Shown piece after piece: positions 6,901-11,600 of a stretch of 11,600 nt of DNA. The stretch comes from a virus (Duplodnaviria; Heunggongvirae; Uroviricota; Caudoviricetes), in IMG/VR virus record IMGVR_UViG_2778261569_000001, positions 1 to 11,600 of that record; one strand, written 5' to 3'. The number at the start of each line of letters is the position of its first letter. Positions within the stretch are counted from its first letter, which is position 1. A program made the position numbers and the translations under genes. The notes beneath the pieces were generated by a model. The model was not told the DNA's origin, searched no databases, and worked only from the letters and a program-made list of their open reading frames with translations.

Positions 6901-9099
6901 ATGGCAGAAAAAAAGATGACTGACTGGCATCGCAAGGTGCTGTGCAACTTTGATAATGCCTGGTCAGCAACGCAGGATATGCGTGAGCAGATTATTGAGG
7001 CTCAACGTTTCGTCCGGGTATCCGGCGCACAGTGGGAAGGCAGCACAAACGCTGGTTACTCATTTGATGAAGGCAGGTTTGAGCATTACCCGCGCTTTGA
7101 ACTGAATAAGATTGCCCGTGAATGTGATCGCATCATTGGCGAGTATCGACAGAATCGCATCAGCGTTAAATTCAGGCCGAAGGACGATAAGGCATCGGAA
7201 GCGTTAGCCGAAAAGATGAATGGTAAATTCCGCGCTGACTATCAGGAAACATCCGGTGGTGAAGCGTGTGATAACGCATTTGATGATGCTGTAACGGGCG
7301 GATTCGGTTGTTTCCGCATGTGTGCCGATTACGAAGATGAAATGGATCCGAGTAACGAGCAACGCCGTATAAGCCTTCTCCCTGTTTACGACCCAGCGAC
7401 ATGCGTCTTCTTCGATCAGGACAGCAAGCAATATGACCGCTCTGATGCTATGTGGGCTATGGAAATGTTCTCCATGACGCCTAAAGCGTTCGAAGCTGAA
7501 TACCCTGATTCCATCGCGGCAAGCCTTTCTCGTGATGACACTGGTACTCAGTATGACTGGTCAACGCCCGATGCCATCTATGTTGGACGCTACTACGAAG
7601 TTCGCATAGAGAAGGTGAAGCTCACAGCATGGCGTAACCCTGTTAGCGGAGAAACGGCAATCTATGATGAAGATCAAATCAAAGATATTGTCGACGAGCT
7701 GACCGATGGCGCATTCGAACTGATTGGTGAGCGGACAGTGAAGAAACGCCGAGTTTATTGCGGTCTTCTGTCTGGCGCTGAATGGCTGGAAGAACCGAAG
7801 CGTATTCCGGGCGAACATATTCCTCTCATCCCGGTATATGGGCGTCGCTCATTTGTTGATAATCAGGAGCGAATCGAAGGTCACGCAGCAAAAGCGATGG
7901 ATGCACAGCGTCTTGAGAACCTGATGGTTTCCATGATTGCAGATAACGCTACTCAGGCTGGCGGTGATGGCATTCCTGTAGTTGATGTTGACATGATTCC
8001 TGGTCCTCTCGCCACTCATTGGGCGGAGCGCAACAAAAAGCGCCCGGCGTTCCTGCCGATGGTCAGTCTGAAAAACAAAAACGGAGATATTACTGCGCAG
8101 GCTCAGGTCAGCAGTTATACACCTCCGACACAAATGCCTCCTGCTCTTGCCGGGCTATTGCAGTACACCGGAACGGCTATTCAGCAAATTACAGGTGCGT
8201 CGCAGCTTGAGAACATGCCGAGCAACGTCGCCACCGATACCGTTGATAGCATCTTTAACCGGATGGACACGCAGTCCTATATCTACATGGACAATATGGC
8301 TAAATCCATGCGCCGCGCTGGCGTCGTGTGGCTTTCTATGGCTCGTGAAGTCTATGGCAGTGATACGCCGATGCGTATCGTTAATGAGGACGGCAGCGAT
8401 GACGTGGCGCTGATGACTGGTGAAGTGGTTGACCGTCAGACAGGGCAGGTTATCGCGCTTAACGACCTTTCGCAGGGTAACTATGAAGTGACTGTCGATG
8501 TCGGTCAGTCGTTCGCTACTCGCCGTGACGCAACGGTTAAGTCGTTACTTTCCATGCTGGCACTTATCCCACCAGGAACGCCGAAGCACGACCTTGTATC
8601 GTCGATGATTCTCGACAATATGGACGGCGAAGGGATGGACGACCTTAAAGAATACAACCGCAATCAGTTGCTTCTGTCTGGAGTTATCAAGCCGAGAACG
8701 CCAGAAGAGCAGCAAATGGTTGAGCAGGCGAAACAACAACAGGCCAGTCAGCCAGATCCGGCTATGGTTGCTGCGCAAGGTCAGCTTCTTGCTGGTCAGG
8801 CTGAATTGCAGAAAGCGCAGAACGAACAGGCATCCATTCAGGTTAAAGCATTCCAGGCACAGACTGATGCTCAGGTTGCAGCGGCAAATGTTGTGAAAAT
8901 CCTCGCATCTGCCGATAGCCAGCAGAAATCTGATATCCGCGAGGCTCTGAAACTGCTAGGACAGTTCCAGCAACAGCAAGGAGACAATGCCCGTGCTGAT
9001 GCAGAGCTTGTCCTGAAAAGTCAGGCACAGGGCCATGCGCAGCGCATGGACATCAGCAGTATCCTGCAAAAACCAACTCAGCAACAACCACAGCAGTAA
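6901..9099 (+). CDS. Portal protein (P22/Sf6-like) with long C-terminal helical barrel
   Basis: 732 aa; conserved segments RRVY...GEHIPLIPVYG and C-terminal TPEEQQ..E.A...Q..DPAMV.AQG.LL.GQAEL.KAQN ... ARA.AEL.LK......QRMDI..ILQ resemble P22 gp1. ATG one base after the terminase stop. Confidence 0.9.
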   Translation: MAEKKMTDWHRKVLCNFDNAWSATQDMREQIIEAQRFVRVSGAQWEGSTNAGYSFDEGRFEHYPRFELNKIARECDRIIGEYRQNRISVKFRPKDDKASEALAEKMNGKFRADYQETSGGEACDNAFDDAVTGGFGCFRMCADYEDEMDPSNEQRRISLLPVYDPATCVFFDQDSKQYDRSDAMWAMEMFSMTPKAFEAEYPDSIAASLSRDDTGTQYDWSTPDAIYVGRYYEVRIEKVKLTAWRNPVSGETAIYDEDQIKDIVDELTDGAFELIGERTVKKRRVYCGLLSGAEWLEEPKRIPGEHIPLIPVYGRRSFVDNQERIEGHAAKAMDAQRLENLMVSMIADNATQAGGDGIPVVDVDMIPGPLATHWAERNKKRPAFLPMVSLKNKNGDITAQAQVSSYTPPTQMPPALAGLLQYTGTAIQQITGASQLENMPSNVATDTVDSIFNRMDTQSYIYMDNMAKSMRRAGVVWLSMAREVYGSDTPMRIVNEDGSDDVALMTGEVVDRQTGQVIALNDLSQGNYEVTVDVGQSFATRRDATVKSLLSMLALIPPGTPKHDLVSSMILDNMDGEGMDDLKEYNRNQLLLSGVIKPRTPEEQQMVEQAKQQQASQPDPAMVAAQGQLLAGQAELQKAQNEQASIQVKAFQAQTDAQVAAANVVKILASADSQQKSDIREALKLLGQFQQQQGDNARADAELVLKSQAQGHAQRMDISSILQKPTQQQPQQ

Positions 9100-9189
9100 T
9101 TAACCCATAACGTGCAATGGCTGTCTTTATGAGGCCTGGCACCCTATTGCCTTCCGATGGGCTGAACATCGAGTAAACAGGGGTAACAA

Positions 9190-10110
9190 ATGGACCAGAT
9201 GGCAGAAAACACACCAGAAGTTGAAATCGAAACCGACGCGTCAGAGCAGATTCCTGATGATGTCGAACTGGCTGAAGAAGTCGAAACAGAAGATGGCAGT
9301 GAGTCCTCCGGCAATGATGCAGAGGAAGCTACTGAAACTGATGACGACGAATCAGAACAGGAATTCTACTTTGGTGACGAAAAGCTGGATTCGCCAACCA
9401 GCGAAGATGGCGCAGAGCATGGACTGGTAAAACACCTGCGCAAGACGATTAAAGAGAAAGACCGCGAGCTGAAAGAGCTGATGCGTCAGTCTCAGAAACC
9501 CGTCGAGCAGCAGCCGGTAATCACTCAACCACCGCGAATGCCAAAACTGGATGATGAGGACATCGGTTTCGATGAAGAAATCTACCAGCAACGCATGGCT
9601 AAGTGGGCAGAGGATAACGGCAAGTACCAGCAACAGGAGATGGCTCGCAAGCAGAAGGAGCAGGAGCTTCAGGCTGCCTATCAAGAGCGATTATCCAAAT
9701 ATCAGCAACGTGTTAAGGCTCTCAAAGTTCCTGGCTATCAGGAAGCAGAACAGGCCGTACTCGAGGAAATCCCCATCGAGACACAAAACGCGATCCTGTT
9801 TGAGTCAGAGAAGCCGGAAATCGTTGTTCTGGCACTCGGTCGCAACGCTGAACTGCGCAAGCAACTGGCAGAAGCTACCAACCCCGTAGCAATTGGTCGT
9901 CTGCTGGAACGTATCGAATCGAAGGCCAGAATCATGCCAAAAGCAAAAACCACGGCAGCCACAACCCCGACAGTTAAGGGGAGCAACGGCGCAGTAATCA
10001 ACAACCTCGGCAAATTGAAAGCCAAGGCGCTGGAAACTGGTGACTGGACGCCGTATTTCGCCGCTAAAAAGGCAAAAAAAATAACCTATCGGAGCATTAA
10101 GCATGGCTAA
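9190..10110 (+). CDS. Scaffolding protein (P22 gp8-like)
   Basis: 306 aa; highly acidic N-terminus, central coiled-coil-like region rich in Q/E/K/R, basic C-terminal helix-turn-helix-like tail (KAKALETGDWTPYFAAKKAKK). Sits between portal and coat as in P22-like phages. Stop overlaps the coat start. Confidence 0.7.
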   Translation: MDQMAENTPEVEIETDASEQIPDDVELAEEVETEDGSESSGNDAEEATETDDDESEQEFYFGDEKLDSPTSEDGAEHGLVKHLRKTIKEKDRELKELMRQSQKPVEQQPVITQPPRMPKLDDEDIGFDEEIYQQRMAKWAEDNGKYQQQEMARKQKEQELQAAYQERLSKYQQRVKALKVPGYQEAEQAVLEEIPIETQNAILFESEKPEIVVLALGRNAELRKQLAEATNPVAIGRLLERIESKARIMPKAKTTAATTPTVKGSNGAVINNLGKLKAKALETGDWTPYFAAKKAKKITYRSIKHG

Positions 10111-11229
10111 CCAATTAGCAAAAGACCTTGAAATCATGTTCGAAAACTACGTTGAAGGCTTTGAGGCCGCCTGCGTAGTTTCCCGTAACGCTAAAAAATT
10201 CCGTCCCGGTGATACAGCAATGCAGCGAGCAGGTGATGTTCTGTATCGTCCGCAGCATTACCACATGAATATTGAGGAAGGCCTAGACCTCAGCGGCAAA
10301 ACGCCAACAGCACTGGTTCAGCGCCTTGTTCCTTCTGTGTTCAAGGAGCCGAAAAACATTCTGTACACTCTGGATGCGCGTGAAATGCGTGACCCGGAAC
10401 ATAAAACTGAAGCTGGTCGAGCCGCAGGTATGCGCCTTGCTGCACAGATTGACTCTGACCTGATTTCCATGGTCACGCAGCGTGCTACTAACGTGATCAC
10501 GATGGCTGACTCAACCACAGGTTCACAGGGCCGTGATTTGTGGAACTGTGCGGCAGGTATTGATGCCACCATGACGGCGATTGGTGTACCGCAGGGTATC
10601 AACCGTCGCTCTTTCTGGAACCCCTTCAACTACAAAGACCTTGCTGGCGAGCTTGGTCACCGTGCCTACGCTCAGGGCGCAACCCTGACAGCATACGAAA
10701 AAGCGCAGATCCCTCCGGTTGCTTCCTTTGATAGCTACAAGACCGATATTTCTGGTCGATTACCGAAAGGAAGCGCTGAATCCTTGACAGTATCAGGCCA
10801 ACCTGAACACAAGGTTGAAGCGAAAGATTCAAATGGTATGCCAGTTGATAACCGACAGGGGACTATTACGGTATCTGCATCTGGCTTGCAGGTTGGTGAT
10901 GCGTTCACCATTGCCGGTGTGAATTCCGTACACCAGATCACAAAAGATACCACCGGGCAACCGCAGGTATTCCGTGTTCTGGCTGTTAGCGGAACTACCG
11001 TAACAATCTCTCCAAAGATTCTCCCTGTTGAAAATACCGATGTTGCGAGTCGTCCATATGCAAACGTCGATGCCAAACCGGCAGCATCAGCAGCAATCAC
11101 CATTCTCAACAAGAACGCAGCACCTGCTAACCTGTTCTGGGCTGATGGTTCTGTTGAGCTGATGTACGGCAAACTGGCGTTCCCGACTGGTCAGGGTCCA
11201 CAGGTAATGACAGCAACCACCGAGCAGGG
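10103..11229 (+). pseudogene. Major coat protein gene (P22/Sf6 gp5-like), 3' end displaced by IS insertion
   Basis: Reading frame from ATG 10103; the C-terminal region contains NLFWADGSVEL, resembling the P22 coat motif NVFWADDAIRI. The frame runs into IS sequence at about 11230 and stops at 11278 after 15-16 IS-encoded residues. About 45 C-terminal residues are missing compared with P22-like coats of roughly 420-430 aa. Confidence 0.75.
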
Positions 11230-11600
11230 TGAACCGCCCCGGAAATCCTGGAGACTAAACTCCCTGAGAAAGAGGTAAACAGGATGACTAAAAATACTCG
11301 TTTTTCCCCCGAAGTCCGTCAGCGGGCGATTCGTATGGTTCTGGAAAGTCAGGATGAATATGACTCACAGTGGGCGGCAATTTGTTCCATTGCCCCAAAG
11401 ATTGGCTGTACGCCGGAGACTCTGCGTGTCTGGGTTCGCCAGCATGAGCGGGATACCGGGGGCGGTGATGGTGGGCTCACCAGCGCTGAACGTCAGCGTC
11501 TGAAAGAGCTGGAACGTGAAAATCGTGAACTGCGCCGCAGTAACGATATCCTTCGCCAGGCTTCCGCTTATTTTGCGAAGGCGGAGTTCGACCGCCTCTG
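11230..11600 (+). mobile_element. IS3-family insertion sequence (IS629/IS1203-like), left end; continues past window edge
   Basis: Terminal sequence TGAACCGCCCCGG... beginning at 11230 (typical IS3-family TG end), followed by an RBS and the OrfA start at 11284. The coat-gene homology breaks exactly here. Confidence 0.8.
11284..11600 (+). CDS. IS3-family transposase OrfA (partial, 3' end outside window)
   Basis: [60 protein letters not shown]...[41 protein letters not shown]: HTH plus leucine-zipper OrfA typical of IS629-like elements. RBS AGAGG at about 11271. Confidence 0.85.
   Translation, partial: MTKNTRFSPEVRQRAIRMVLESQDEYDSQWAAICSIAPKIGCTPETLRVWVRQHERDTGGGDGGLTSAERQRLKELERENRELRRSNDILRQASAYFAKAEFDRL

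Noticed and set aside
5862-8778. Multiple short ORFs in other frames and on the minus strand inside the large terminase and portal genes
   Set aside because: All are embedded in long, well-supported + strand genes and lack start signals.
9221-10137. Alternative-frame ORFs within the scaffold gene (9221..9430 +, 9551..9889 +, 9352..9684 -, 9738..10025 -, 9805..10137 -)
   Set aside because: Off-frame shadows in a compositionally biased gene.
10318-11172. Minus-strand ORFs within the coat gene (10318..10629, 10626..10832, 10735..11172)
   Set aside because: Antisense to the coat gene, with no signals. Chance frames.
1-11600. Search for CRISPR repeats, tRNA/rRNA genes, toxin-antitoxin or known defence-system signatures
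   Set aside because: No direct-repeat arrays, no tRNA-like cloverleaf candidates in the intergenic regions, and no ORF with recognisable defence or toxin motifs. Window content is fully explained by prophage late functions plus an IS.

Overview
This window is the late region of a mosaic lambdoid prophage (enterobacterial, E. coli/Shigella-like), with every supported gene on the + strand. Identifications rest on my reading of the translated ORFs against recalled phage protein families; no database search was run. Order: tail of the nin region (NinE fragment, NinF, a 72-aa unknown, DUF1364/YbcO-like, RusA, NinH); lambda-type antiterminator Q with pR'/qut and a short leader ending at an intrinsic terminator; lambda-type lysis cassette S-R-Rz with embedded Rz1; an accessory interval (Rha-family regulator, 80-aa unknown); then a P22/Sf6-type packaging and head module (small and large terminase, portal, scaffold, coat). 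The coat gene is cut near 11229/11230 by the left end of an IS3-family (IS629-like) insertion sequence that runs off the window. I saw no CRISPR array, tRNA or rRNA. I do not see a clear novel defence or other undescribed system here. The most notable items are the IS-disrupted coat gene, the short pR' leader plus a second hairpin upstream of S, a divergent Rz/Rz1 pair, and a few small uncharacterised ORFs.
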